Part shown: in pieces, positions 48,032 to 61,359 of the stretch
Layout of the letters: the number at the start of each line of letters is the position of its first letter
Position numbering within the stretch: the stretch's first letter is position 1
NCBI RefSeq assembly: GCF_963921235.1
Contig: NC_086097.1
Coordinates: 216,320,001 to 216,384,000 of the forward strand
Direction of reading: 5' to 3'
DNA length: 64,000 nucleotides
Source: Mobula hypostoma
Taxonomy: Eukaryota
The notes under the pieces: generated by a model
The model's input: the letters and a program-made list of their open reading frames with translations, nothing else
What the model was told of the DNA's origin: nothing
The model's database searches: none
Program-made: the position numbers and the translations under genes

Positions 48032-48879
48032 CCCCTATAATTCTACCCAGGTTGTCCAGGAAGGATCATCGCCATTATGACAGTAAGAACCTGAAAGAGA
48101 ATAGATTCACTTCTGAAGAATAACACCCTCCAACATTTCCAGCATATTCTATTTTTGATTTTCATTTCCAGCTACGGTGCTTCAACCTGATTTTAGCATA
48201 AGATCAGTGGTGTGCCTTAAGATAAAGTCTTAAGCAGAAAGTCCACCATTCTAATGGAAAATTGGTAACAGAAATTCAGAGACACCGCCAAAGAAACTTG
48301 TGGTATTTATGTCTATTTAATAAAGTGATGAGTCAACAAGTATAGCAACAGTGCATGTGATTTGCCCCAGTTTATTGATTTTGCTTATTTTCAATGTTCA
48401 CTGTACCTTGAAATACATAAAGAATTCCTTTGCAGTGAACAGTGGTTTCATCCTCACTTACAATTAAAGTGGGGCAATGTTTGCTAGTTTAATATATAAT
48501 CTCATTCCCAATTGCCTTGATTCTATGGCCCAACTTATTTGGCTGTCTTAGATGTAACAGGTCCAGCTGGACAGCACAGTGAATTAAAGTCAGATCTGAA
48601 GCAGCAGAAGGTACTCTTGTGAGGTTAGGATTCTGGCTCAAATACCAGAACACTGCTGAGTGCCCTGGGGGGTTCTTTGTAATGTCTGCAAGTTCATCAA
48701 ATATAGTCATTTGCCCTCTGGAAATGAAGAGTTTTATATTCCAGCGAATTTCTGCAGTTCATATTAAAGCTGAACGCTAAAGCCTATTTCAAAACATTAG
48801 ATGACTTCAGTTTGTTGTCACTGTCCATTAAATTTGAGAGAAATTAAGCTGCATGTTTTCACATTTTACAGTACTAGAA

Positions 48880-49465
48880 AAGCAAAAATTTGCAAAATCT
48901 ATACATCTAAAATAAAACCAGAAAATATTCAGTTGATTGTGCACCATTTGCAAAGAAATGAGTATTAATCTTTCAAATCAATTAATTTTTGACAGATCTG
49001 GAAAAATTTATAAACCAAACAAGATTGAAATGACAGAAAAAGTGAGGAGGAACAGGGAGAATTAAAGGAAGGGTCTGTAAGACAGACTGAGACCACAGGA
49101 GATTGAACAATGCAATGGAGTCAGCTGAAAGAGGATGTTCCGGTTATGTCTGGAAAACGTTGAGCTAAATGAAATCTGAAATGCCAGTGGAGGAGAAGGC
49201 ACAAATAAACAATGCTGGAGTTATAAGACTGGGATAGATAATTATCCGAAAGTATTGAATTTATTGTTGAAGCGCAGAGGATTGGTCTATGCCTAAAGAG
49301 TAGATATGGTGTTATTCCTCAAGCTCACATTGAACTTCATTGAAGCCTTGTAAGGGGTCAAAGGCAGAAAGACCAGAGTGGGACTGGGACAGAGGATTAA
49401 ATGACAATTAATTGCAAGCTCAAGGTCATACTTGCCAACTGAACGGAGTTTTTCTGCAAAGCAAA
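48880..49465 (-). mobile_element. Old Penelope-like remnant
   Basis: GGTGTTATTCCTCAAGCT (rc of KLEE.H), GAGTGGGACTGGGACAGAGGATTAAATG (rc of HFN.PSHSH-like). Confidence 0.6.
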
Positions 49466-49505
49466 CTATGTATTTGCATGATGTATTTGATGATGACGTT
49501 TGATG

Positions 49506-50048
49506 ATTGTGTGCAGTTTTGGTCCCCTAATCTGAGGAAAGACATTCTTGCCATAGGGGGAGTACAAAGAAGGTTCACCAGATTGATTCCTGGGATGGCA
49601 GGACTGGATCGACTAGGCTTATTATACTCGCTGGAATTTAGAAGATTGAGGGGGGATCTTATTGAAACGTATAAGATCCTAAAGGGATTAGACAGGCTAG
49701 GCGCAGGAAGATTGTTCCCGATGTTGGGGAAGTCCAGGATGAAGGGTCACAGTTTAAGGATAAAGGGGAAGCCTTTTAGGACCGAGATGAGGAAAAACTT
49801 CTTCACACAGAGAATGGTGAATCTGTGGAATTCTCTGCCACAGGAAACAGTTGAGGCCATTTCATTGACGATATTTAAGAGGGAGTTAACTATGGCCCTT
49901 GTGGCTAAAGGGATCGGGGGTATGGAGAGAAGGCAGGTACAAGGTTCTGTGTTGGATGATCAGCCATGATCACACTGAATGGCGGTGCAGGCTCGAAGGG
50001 CCGAATGGCCTACTCCTGCACCTATTTTCCATTTTCTATGTTTCTATG
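49506..50048 (+). mobile_element. CR1 LINE 3' fragment
   Basis: CVQFWSPNLRKD..LEFRRLRGDLIETYKIL..NFFTQRMVNLWNSLP; (TTTCTATG)n tail. Confidence 0.95.
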
Positions 50049-50122
50049 ACTCAGACCTGAGAGGCCAGCATCGGGCATGTATTTGACTTCCCCAGTTTAC
50101 AGGTCATTTTTTTTTAATACAA

Positions 50123-51390
50123 AACCCACTGCAATTTGCCTATTGCCACAATAGGTCAACAACAGACACAATCTCAATGGCTCTTCACATGGCTTTAGAC
50201 CACCCACATGGACAATACAAACACCTATGTCAGGATGCCATTCATTGAATATAGCTCAGCATTTAACACCATCATTCCCACAATCCTGATTGATAAGCTA
50301 CAGAACCTGGGCTTATGTACCACCCTCTGCAATTGGATCCTCAACTTCCTAACCGGAAGACCAGAATCTGAGCAGATTGGTGATAATACCTCCTCCTCGC
50401 TGACGATCAACAATGGTGCACTACAGGGGTGTATGCTTAGTCCACTGCTCTGCTCTCTCTATACCCATGACTGTGTGGCTAGGCGTAGCTCAAATACCAT
50501 TTATAAATTTGCTGATGATACAACCATTGTTGGTAGAATCTGAGATGGAGTCAAGAGGGCATACAGGAGCGAGATATGCCAACTAGTGGAATGGTGTCGC
50601 AGAAACAACCTTGTACTCAATGTCAGTAAGACAAAAGAGCTGATTGTGGACTTCAGGAAGGGTAAGACGAAGGAACACATACTAATTGTCATAGAGGGAT
50701 CAGAAGTGGAGAGAGTGAGCAGTTTCAACTTCCTGGGTGTCAAGATCGCTGAGGACCTAACCTTGTTCCAACATATCGATGCAGCTATAAAGAAAGCAAC
50801 ACAGTGAGTATATTTCATTAGGAGTTTGAAGAGGTTTGGTGTGTCAAGAAAAATACTCAAAACCTTCTATAGGTGTACCATGGAGAGCATTCTGACGGGC
50901 TGCATCACTGTCTGGTATAGAGGGGCTACTGCACAGAACCAAAAGAAGATGCAGAGGGTCGTAAATTTAGTTGGCTCCATCTTGGGTACTAGCCTACAAA
51001 GTACCCAGGACATCTTCAAGGAGTGGTGTCTGAGAAAGGCAGCGTTCATGATTAAGGACCCACAGCACCCCGGGTATGCCCTTTTCTCATTGTTACCATC
51101 AGGTAGGAGGTACAGAAGTTTGAAGGCACACACTCAACGATTCAGGAACAACTTCTCTACCATTTGACTCCTAAATGGACATTAAACTTGTGAACACCAC
51201 CTCACTTTTTTAACATATATTATTTCTGTTTTTGCACAATTTTTAATTTATTCAGTATACATATACTGTAATTGATTTACTTGTTTATTTTTCTTTCCTT
51301 CTATATTATGTACTGCATTGAACTGCTGCTGCTAAGTTAACAAATTTCATAACACATGCTGGTGATAGTAAACCTGATTCTGGTTCTGAG
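50123..51390 (+). mobile_element. Rex1/Babar LINE, 5'-truncated RT with stops
   Basis: [71 protein letters not shown] tail. Confidence 0.96.
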
Positions 51391-51459
51391 TTTATTAAAC
51401 TAGAGGAAGTATAAGGGAATTGCTGCTGACCTTACTGGATCCACAACTTCTTCGGCATA

Positions 51460-53480
51460 GAACGTAAAACATGGAACAGTACAATTCAGTACAAGCCCTT
51501 TGGCTCATGATGTTGTTCTGATCCTTTAACCTACAGCAAGCTTAGTCTAACCCTTCCCTCCCGTATAGCACTCCATGTACTAAACCATTGCTCTTCAAAA
51601 CAAAAGAGATCCAAGCTATCAGGTCCGTAGGATTTGTGGCCTTTTAATGTAATAATTTCCTAGATACCCATCTAAGCTAGTTCCACTTTCCCTTGATTGG
51701 CCTATATTCATCTTAATCTTTTCTGCCCACGTACCTGCCCAAGTGTTTTATAAATGCTGTTTAACATATCTGCCTCAGCACTTCTTCTGGCAGCTCATTC
51801 CTTATATGGACCACCCTCTGGGTGAAAATATTGCCCCTCAGGTTTCTACATCTCTCTTCTCTTATCCTCAACTTGTCCTCGAGTTCTTGATTCCCCAACC
51901 CTGTGAGAAAGACTATATGCATTCACTCTGCCTTTGCCCCTCGTGATCTTATTCACCTCTGCACCATTACCCATCCTTCTCCTACACTCCAATAAGTAAA
52001 GTTCCAACCTGCTTGAACTCTCTCTATAACTGAGTCTTTTGAATCCCAGAAACATCCTTATAAATCTCCTCTGCACTCTTCCCATCTTAAGGACTTTGTT
52101 CTTATAACAGGGGGACCAGAACAGAACATAATATTCCAAATGCAGCCACACCAATGCCTTACACATTCTATACTGAGTTTCCTGACTGATGAAGGCCAGC
52201 ATGTCAAAAGCCTTCTTCACCACGCTGTCTACCCACAACACATTACTTTTACTCCTCAGTCCCTCTGTTCTGCAACACTCCCGCAGGGCCTGACTGTTCA
52301 CTGTGAAATCGTACCTTCATTTGTCTTTCCAAAGTGCAACACCTTGCATTGATCCAAATTAAAATTCATTTGAAATTCCTCTGTCAACTTCCCCAGCTGA
52401 CCAAGATCCCTCTGTAACTCCTGATAACCTTCTTCACTGCCTACGATACCACCTAATTTACTGCCATTTGCAGACTTACTAACTTGTACATTCCCCTTTC
52501 AATCATTGATATAGATTTCAAATAGCAATGGGCCTAGTACTGACCTCTGGGGAATTGCACCTAGCCACGGGGCTTTCATCCAAGAGACAACCTCCCACCA
52601 TCACAATCTGCTTCCTATCAAGTCAATTGTGTATCCAGTTAGCCAGCTCTTCTTGGATCCCAGGCAATCTAATTTTCCATGGTAGCCTACTATGCAAAAC
52701 CTTATCAAAGGCCTTACTGAAGTCCCTGTGGATTTCAACTGTTACCCTCCTCATTGACCTTCTTGGTTTCTTCTTTTCAAAACTCGGTCAAATTTGTGGG
52801 GCAGATTCCCCCACACATATAGCCATGCTGTTTATTCCTAATCAACCCCTGCCTATCCAAATGTTTGCATGTCTTATTTCTTAGAATGCTCTCAGTAACT
52901 TAACGGTCAGATGTTAGGCTCGTTGGTCTATAGTTCCTAGGGTTTACTTTGCAGCCATTCTGAGTCCCCCTCCAGTTTACCAACATTGGACCTATTCCTA
53001 ACAGAGTGGTGAATCCGTGGAATTCTTTGCCACAGGCATCTGTGGAGGCCAAGTCTTTGTGTATATTTAAGGGATAGATTGATAGATTCTTGACTGGTCA
53101 GAGCATGAAAGGAATCGGGGAGAAGGCAGGAGACTGGGGCTGACAATTGGATCAGCCATGTTGAAATGACGGAGCAGAATCAATGGGCCAAATGGCCTAA
53201 TTCTGCTCCTATATCTTATGGTATTGTGGTCTAATGATGAATATACGTCAGCCAGGGCAGCCACAATTTGTTTCTCTAGATGCCCACAATGATCCTGGAT
53301 ATGCTTGACCAAGGACCAAATATTTATCTGCTTTAATACTTTTTACACCATCTAGCATCTCCTCTTCTGTAATATGAACCATCCACAAGACATCCCAATT
53401 AATTCATATTCAGAAGTCTTCACAACTTCCTCCACATTAAAAATATTCACTGAGGACCTCTCCAGCAGCTTCACACAAAG
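51460..53480 (-). mobile_element. Old CR1 LINE (RT to 3' end), containing a plus-strand CR1 3' fragment at ~53000-53228
   Basis: ORF 51846..52301 VVKKAFDMLAFI..HLEYYVLFWSP; rc of DFSKAFDKV at ~52700; insert reads QRVVNPWNSLPQASVEAKSL. Confidence 0.85.
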
Positions 53481-53779
53481 ATGTCTATTCAGTCTATTCT
53501 CTTCAACCTCAAACTACCTATAACCTACTCTGAGCATGTAACCATGTCCTGAAAGTGTAGAATTTCTGAAAGTTACCCAACAAAGGCACCGAGAGTATCT
53601 CCAGTGGAGGTGCAGCCACCTTCCGCTTCCTATTTGTTAGCCTATGGGAATGTGCAATGTACATGTAGAAAGAAATGCCTACAAGCTCAAAGGGTGATCA
53701 AAGTATTTACATATGAATGATTCATAATTATTTCTATAACCTGTTGAATGAAGTTAGATTAGAATCACAGAGTAAGGGT

Positions 53780-53977
53780 TTTTGTTATTCCTCTCTGCGC
53801 ATTGTGGTGCACCAGGCAACAACCTTGCCATTCCTTTAGCATTTGTCTGTTCTTCTACGAGGCTGTGTCGCTTGCTTGACGCTCAACCCCGCACGGATGG
53901 AAAGCATACAAGGAGCTGGCTGGATTCGAACTTGGATTCATCTCGAAGTGCAGTGCAGATGCCACTACAGCACCGGC
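53780..53977 (-). mobile_element. tRNA-derived SINE
   Basis: Minus strand GGCCGGTGCTGTAGTGGC (A-box-like) and GTTCGAATCC (B-box); ends GGAATAACAAAA. Confidence 0.7.
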
Positions 53978-55856
53978 CAGCTAAGTATTTCTTGATTACT
54001 CTTAATTCTGGTTGCCATGCTTTTGTTAATATATGTACCCACGAGCCACAAGCCAGACTGAAATTGGGCAAGGGAATTCCAAAGGCAGAATTTCTAGGTA
54101 CGATGGATTATTCTCTGTTAGGAATGGAAGGGGTGGGTCACTCAACAAGCCCTTGGATGCACTTCCTCTAAGACCTGCATCTGGAGCGAGTGGTAGTCAA
54201 CACAGCGTCCACATTCTGCCCAAAGTGCCTGCTGGTGTCTTCTTGCTGCTCAGGTGATAAGGGCACAGCCCCTCATCAGCTCAAATTTATGTTGCATGTA
54301 GTAGATGAAGACAAACCTGCATTCCTGTTCAAGGATGCATGGTAAGGGCCGACAGTGGAAGCATTTCTTGAGTAGCCAGGCAGCCTGCCCAAAGTTTCTG
54401 CTTGTAGAGCAGCTCTGCAGCTGTGCTGGGGTTTACGACAAGCAATATCAGCCCTGCCTGAGGAGGCCAGCACCGTGGAGCTGTGACACAACTTTCTGAT
54501 TGGAATAAAGACAGCATAGGGAAGGAGCACTGGATGAAAGAATTGTGACCGCTGCCAGGAAACTGGGGGCAGGCGGGCATTGATGCAGTCAGGTCTCGGA
54601 AATGAAGCAGGCGTTCTGAGATTGTTCTCCTTTGAAAAAGATGTCAAGGTGCTTGAGTGGAGCACTCCTGGCAACATGGGGTGATTACAGTGCATCACGG
54701 TGGGGAGGGGGGAATTAGGCAGACTTCCTGCCAAAGACAGCCTTAGTGAGATCCCTGATAAAATGACTGACTGAAAACTGGAGTTGACATTGATGACACC
54801 CTCTGCAGCTTGAAAGGAGCCCTTTGCAGAAATGTTAAAGGGCACAGTGACAGGGTTGTCTCGGCCATGGTTCTGGCTTCAGTGGGGCTGCAACAAATAA
54901 CTAGACTCAGTGGCAGCCTCCCTCATGGACTCATCTGAGGCTTTGTTCCTCAATGCAGTTCAGATAACAGAATTTAAACCATGTGCATGATCAGCCCCCG
55001 AGGTACCCTCCCCTCTCCTTACAGCTCTCTCCTAATCATAGCTACTCCCCTTCCTCCCGCACTAGTCACTGACTCAACAGATCAAAGCAACACAGAAGCA
55101 ACAAAGTGTTAATATCAGAAGTCAGACTTAGAAAGCAAAGGAAAAGCCAAAAACAAAAAATAAAAGGTCAGTTTGGTCTATGGAACTATGAATCCTTTAT
55201 ATATTAAAGCTGAAATCTTTCAATGAGTCAGTGTCATGTGTGAATGAGCAAGTTGACCCTGCAGAGAATCAAACATGAGACATACTAATTTTGAAGACTG
55301 GATCTACAATGAAATTTAGGTTTATATATGGTAGTGAAGCTCTTATTCTGGCACATACTGTACATAGAGTCTGTATGGAGGTTCCCAACTTGGTAGCAAA
55401 CTGTATTTGATTGGGCAAACATGTGCTGCATGATACTTGGTTGTTTACATGCTATTTTTATAGCAGGAAAATGTGTGATTGAATTTCTAGGTCAGCGGGG
55501 AGATGATTTCACAAATGACACGCAGCACTTTAAGTATAAAAGAAAGAACTTCACATTCACATTCTGAATAAAAATCTGAAACTGTACAGGCTGGAAATCT
55601 GAAAATCGAAACAGGGAATGCTGGAAACATCCAGCAGGATAGACAGCATGTGTGGGAAGAGAAAGTGAGTTTAACTTTGAAGGCCAAAACCTTTCCATTA
55701 GAACTGGAAAAGAGAAAAACAAGATGGGTCTTAAGGTACAAGGTGGGTAGAGGAGGGAAGGGCAGGTTGAAGAAAACATCTCTAATTTGATGAGGCTATG
55801 GTTGATACACTGGTGATGAGGCTGTCTGGTAGACAGTCTGGTGGCAATCACAAAAA

Positions 55857-56134
55857 AGTTAAAGTCTGTCCCGAGCCTCGTGACCCATCAGGCCGGTGCT
55901 TATGCTGGTTTCTGTGGCGTGAAGTGACTGAGAGTACAAGACTCCCCACCTGTTAGGACACCAGTCTATCGTGAGGTTAACCCCCAGCATTTGCCAGTAC
56001 CCATTTTCAGCTGGGTGGACTGGAGCAGTGTGTGGTTAAGTGCCTTGCTCAAAGACACAACACGTTGCCTTGGCCGAGATTCGAACCCACAACCTTCAGA
56101 TTGTGAGCCCTAACCACTTTGCCACACACCACTT
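55857..56134 (-). mobile_element. tRNA-derived SINE with 12-bp TSD
   Basis: Minus A-box GTGGCAAAGTGGTTAG, B-box GGTTCGAATC, central TTGAGCAAGGCACTTAAC..CCACCCAGCTGAAAATGGGTAC; TSD CAATCACAAAAA (55845-55856 / 56135-56146). Confidence 0.88.
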
Positions 56135-56530
56135 CAATCACAAAAAGAGAAAATTTTAAAAAAACATAGAAGGCTATGAAATGCAGGTCAGGGTTCTACT
56201 GAACTTAGTGAAGAGAAGAAAATTAAGTGAATATTACTGAAGGATGTTATACAACAGAACTATCCAGTTCTGATATAAATCTAAAAAGTGAGTTACCTGA
56301 AACTGTTGAATTTGATGATGTCCTGAGGGCTCCAGTACGTCAAGATGGGAAGTAAAGTGTTGTTCCTCAAGATTATATTGGGCCTCATGGAATAGTATTG
56401 GAGACCCCAGACAATCAGGTGAGAGTGGAAGTAGGAAGGAGAATTAAAGTGGAAGGAAACTGGCCTTAATATCAACTCCCTGTCAACTCCAACTGACACT
56501 CCCCTCGCTGAATCTATTTCCCACAAATTT

Positions 56531-57336
56531 TAGAAAACATAGAAAACCTACAGCACAATACAGGCCCTTCAGCCCACAAAGCTGTGCTGAACATGTCCTT
56601 ACCCTAGAACTACTAGGCTTACCCATAGCCCTCTATTTTTCTAAGCTCCATGCATCCATCCAGGAGTCTCTTAAAAGACCCTATCGTTTTCACCTCCATC
56701 ATTGCTGCCGGCAACCTATTCCACACACTCACCACTCTCTGTGTAGAAAACTTACCCCTGACAACTCCTCTGTACCTACTTCCAAGCACGTTAAAACTAT
56801 GCCCTCTCACTATCCTCTGACTATAAAAGCCTCTGACTATCCACACGATCAATGCCTCTCATCATCTCATACACCTCTATCAGGTCACCTCTCATCCTCC
56901 GTCGCTCCAGGAGAAAAGGCCAAGTTCACTCAACCTATTCTCGTAAGGCATGCTCCCCAATCCAGGCAACATCCTTGTAAATTTCCTCTGCACCCTTTCT
57001 ATAGTTTCCATGTTCTTCCTGTAGTGAGGCAACCAGAGATGAGCACAGTACTCCAAGTGGGGTCTGACCAGGGTCCTATATAGCTGCAACATTACCTCTC
57101 TGCTCTTAAACTCAATCCCACGATTGATGAAGGCCAATGCTCCATATGCCTTCTTAACCACAGAGTCAGCGTGAGTAGCAGCTTTGAGTGTCCTATGGAC
57201 TTGGACCCCAAGATCCCTCTGATCTTCCACATTGTCAAGAGTCTTGCCATTAATGTTATATTCTGCCATCATATTTGAATTAATGTTATATTCTGCCATC
57301 GTATTTGAATTAATGTGATATTCTGCCATCATATTT
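56531..57336 (-). mobile_element. CR1 LINE 3' fragment (same subfamily as 1-1170) with a 30-bp triplication at its 5' end
   Basis: ORF 56892..57332 VVKKAYGALAFINRGIEFKSREVMLQLYRTLVRPHLEYC; ORF 56619..56852. Confidence 0.95.
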
Positions 57337-59049
57337 TCTCTCAGCTTCTCCCCTCACAGAGAGAACAAGGCTAGAGCTCCTCTAGACCACACCTCTACCT
57401 TACCATTCTCCATGTACAAAGGTCATTTCTTGCAATTTGTGCTATCTTCAATGAGATTACATCACCATACATGTCTTTCCCTTGAAACATTCTTAAGTTC
57501 CCTTCGCAATTCCCTGTTCTGCTCTTCCGACTCCACCAACACATCCATGATCTGAGTCCTTTCTCATGCAACTGCAGGAGATACAACACCTGTCCTTTTG
57601 CCAGTGTGTAGACAATTTTCCTGTAAGTTATCTATCACTAGCGGTAACTCAGCTTTATATTCTTCCCTGTCATTAGCTATCCTGTAGGGCATTACCTAGA
57701 GATCTTACCTCCATTTCACCGTTTTTACATCTTCCTTTGCTTGTTTTCTCTTTTTAACTGTCCTGGTCAATCTATCAGTCAGCTGTCTCCACCAATCTTC
57801 TGTTGCCATGGCAATGTGTACTTCATTATCTTCATTCCAATTTATCTCTTCCCAAACTTCATGCAATTTTAATTCATTTGTTTTCTCATCTTTCCAGTTC
57901 TGACACAGTAATTTTGACCAGAAATATTAACTCTGTTCCTCCATCCATAGTTACTGTCTATTTTTGTTAAGCATTTTCTTTATAACTTTGGGAGCTCATA
58001 ATGTACTTCACAGCCTGGTTCAGTATATCTTAAAATGTAGCCTCTGTTGCAAAGTCATCAGATTAAACAGAAGGCCCCACAAACGCAAGTGTTAGGACTG
58101 TCCACTACTGTCCAGCTACATCTACTGCTTTCTGCTTATTTTGCTTCGCAGTTATGGCAGAGATTCCAAGGCCAATAGCATCAAAATTCATAATGCCAAG
58201 ATCAGTGTAGAAGCTGGTACCAATTTCAGCAATTGGCAATGGAGGAATTCCAGCCTCATACAACATTGTTGAAAACTAACATGGATGGGCTGTTCCTACT
58301 CCTTCTAATTCTTTCAAATTCAGGTGATGATAGCAAGTTGCTTGTTTTCTACAGGATATTAAATAGTGGTCACAACTGTTTCATGTTTGCCTTTTTTTAA
58401 ATTCATTTCCAAATATATGCTTCTCAGGCAGAGTCAGCATTTAATTGTCTATCCCTCATTTCTCTTGAGATGGCAGTGGTGAACTACCTTCTTGGACCCT
58501 GAATCCCTGAATAAGAGCACATGGATTTCTAAAGATTACTAGGCTCCCCCAAGGTATGGCTTTCATTAGCAGTTTAGACTTGGTTACATGATGCAACTCA
58601 TTGTGAGTACAATCACTTGATAGACATCTTTTTTAAACAGAACACATCCTTATTCTACTGACAGCCTCTCTACAAAACTCGGAAATAAATTAATCATTAT
58701 ATACAGGGGAGAACACTGTCACTTAGAATGGTATACTTGCAATTTGATGGCAATATGAAATCCCTTAGAATTAATCCAACAAAATCCTACTGGAACATTC
58801 TAAAATGTTAAAGATCCTGCCAAAAAATTGCAAGCTTCAAGCTGTATAATTAATGAATCAAAATCTTACAAACAGCATGTACGGTACATTTGTTCAGTAT
58901 ATGTATTACTTAAGTTTTATGTTCATTTTAAGACCACCTCACTAGAAATAGAAGTAGGGCTGTGAATTTGGTTTTGGTGGAAACCACAATATAGGCAATA
59001 GGAAAATGGTAGCCCTCTTTATTCCCTCTACAACATTTCTTAAGCTTTG

Positions 59050-59225
59050 GAGACAGAAGAGTTGCAGATGCTGGAATCTGGAGCAACACACAAAAAGTTC
59101 AAAGAGCTCAGCAAGTCAAGCATCTAAGGAGGGAAATGGACAGCCAATGTTTCAGGTAACGACTGAGAATGGTGGTATCTGGAGCAATTAGAGATGGCAG
59201 ATGCTGGAATCTGGAGCATCAAACA
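59050..59225 (+). mobile_element. Penelope-derived terminal arm fragments (two partial copies)
   Basis: GCAGATGCTGGAATCTGGAGCA occurs at ~59064 and ~59197. Confidence 0.65.
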
Positions 59226-60479
59226 CCCAAAACCTGTCACAGTAACATCAATGAAGAATCCTTCTACATCTGTATGCTATTCCTGAGTCTCCAGCCAGCA
59301 CTTGCATGCCTGACAGTCATGAAAACTGAAAGAAGCTACAGGGCACAATGAAGGAAGCCCTGAATACTGCCAACACCAAGTTCAAAATTAGTTCCAGACA
59401 GACAGAGATAGTGGCATAATATGCAGTAAGTAAGAAAGATGTCATCATTCAGAGAAGCTTATCAATATCATAAAAGAGCTAATCCAGTTTTATGACAACA
59501 GCAAAAAAATCCCTTGTAAGCTCCCCACAATGCATTTTAGGATCTGATTTTATCTAAATAGTTTCCAACTTCTTTTGAGTTTTGTGATGACACTGGTGCT
59601 GGTTTAATAATCCAGTTCCTTTACGCCGATGCAATGGATTTATATGAATTTCTTTGGTGGCAAGTTTCAGGCAAATACAGATTCTCTCATGTCATTTAGA
59701 GATAAAGTCAGAGATTGCCAATACAATATTTTAAAAGCACTTCTGCTTCGTCTTTAAGTCCCATTTATAATACATGTGCATTTCTGTTTTATGCTGCAGC
59801 ATGTATTGCTTCTACAAGGTAATTTTAAAACGAGTTGAGCTGTGACAAATAGGGACAGCCAGCCTAATTGAATCATTTGAGCCAATGCAGCTCAACTAGG
59901 TTACCCTTACTGCAGTCCACATTCATATTACTGTGCGAACTATTAAGCCATGAAATCATGTCTCTTTTTGACTTCAGTGTTCTTGACATTGCAGTGAAAA
60001 CAGCAAGTGCTTTTCTTTGTAAAACCAGAGTCCATTTAACAGCTGTAACTCTGCTAAAATAGTCACCAGAAAATGTCTTGAACTATTGTTCTGAATGTTT
60101 CCTTGCAAACGTCAGCATATTTCTCATTTTCCAATCCTTCCTTTAGCTCAATTTCCTCCCTGAATGCTTCCTATAATTTCTTTTGACCTTAATGCAGCAA
60201 CATGCATGAGAGAACAGTTCTACAATAGTGATCCTTTGGCATCTCATCCAAGCTGCCAATTCGTTACTTGCCTGGGCAGTCAATATTAGCGAGTGAGTTG
60301 ATCTTCTGGGACACTGTAGTCAAACCTAATCCTGTGCACATCTTTCCAGCAGGACTCCTGTGATAGGAATTAGACATTGACAGCTTTTCCTCTTTCAAGC
60401 ACTTGAACATTAAGAGACATCTGTTATAGCTCAGGGCAGTTATGTCCAGCCCCATTTTAGCCTAACCTAACTATGGGAC

Positions 60480-61040
60480 TTAAGACATGGAAGCAGAATC
60501 AGGCTATTTGGTCCATCGAGTTTTCTCCGTCATTCTGTCAAGGCTGACTTAGTTTCCCTTTCAATCCCATTCCCTGCCTTCTATCTGTAAACTTTGACAA
60601 GCTTACTAATCAAGAACCTATCAACATCTCCTTTAAATATACCGAATGACTTGGCAATGAATTCCAGAAATTCACCACACTTTGGCAAAAGAAGTACCTC
60701 CTCATCTCTGTTCTAAAGGTATGTCCTTCTATCTTGAGGTTATGCTGTATGTCCAAGAACTCTTCCACTGTTGAAAATGTCCTCTCCACATACACTATAT
60801 CTAGGCCTTTCAATATTCAACAGTTTTCGGTGAGATCCCAGATCTCACCCCCACCCTCCCATTCTGCTAAGCTCCAGCAAATATAATCCTAAAGTCATTT
60901 TACTCCTTCTACATTAACCCTTTCATTCCTAGGATCATTCTCATAATCCTCCTCTGGACCCTCTCGTTTCTTATATATGAGACTCAAAATTGCTCACAAT
61001 ACCCCAAATATGCCATGACCAAAGCCATAAAAAGCCTTAG
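60480..61040 (-). mobile_element. CR1 LINE 3' fragment
   Basis: ORF 60610..60813 KGLDIVYVER..HTFRTEMRRYFFCQSVVNFWNSLP. Confidence 0.88.
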
Positions 61041-61359
61041 AAATGTTGTAATAAAATCCACTTTTCCTATTTCAGGCTCCCAAAATTAATGCTAAAGTGT
61101 CTCCCTCTGCTCAGAGGTGGGATTTTCTTAATTTAAAATGTCTAAGCATTTTGATGCCTTTATAATAAGATAATTCAGGGAGCATAAAAATATTGACTCA
61201 GATAAACCATCTTCAATTATACTGCACCCTAAGAGCTGGGAGAAACTGTAACTGGAGAGCAAAATATTGCTCTTGCGACAGTGCTCGGTTACCTTCGATA
61301 TTTGGACTGACGGGACGGTAGCTCAAGCTGCTGTTGTCCATGGGTTCCTGGTTCTATAA

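Larger units (their letters stand above)
55565..57975. mobile_element. Old Penelope-like element with inverted architecture (minus 55565-56470; plus 56480-56530 and 57337-57975), carrying SINE and CR1 insertions
   Basis: Minus HFNSPSYFHSHL..; plus NK.R.PL...ISCNL..LQ..CNCRRYNTCPF; terminal arms with decayed hammerhead-like motifs at ~55670-55707 and ~57895-57935. Confidence 0.65.

Noticed and set aside
48640..48717. Minus-strand peptide ELADITKNPP resembling UBE2E ELADITLDPP, behind an acceptor-like site
   Set aside because: Match is only about 8 residues, flanking residues disagree, the donor is weak and no other UBE2 exon is seen.
59833..59897. 10-bp perfect inverted repeat AGTTGAGCTG / CAGCTCAACT
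   Set aside because: A few 10-bp inverted repeats with short spacers are expected by chance in 64 kb.
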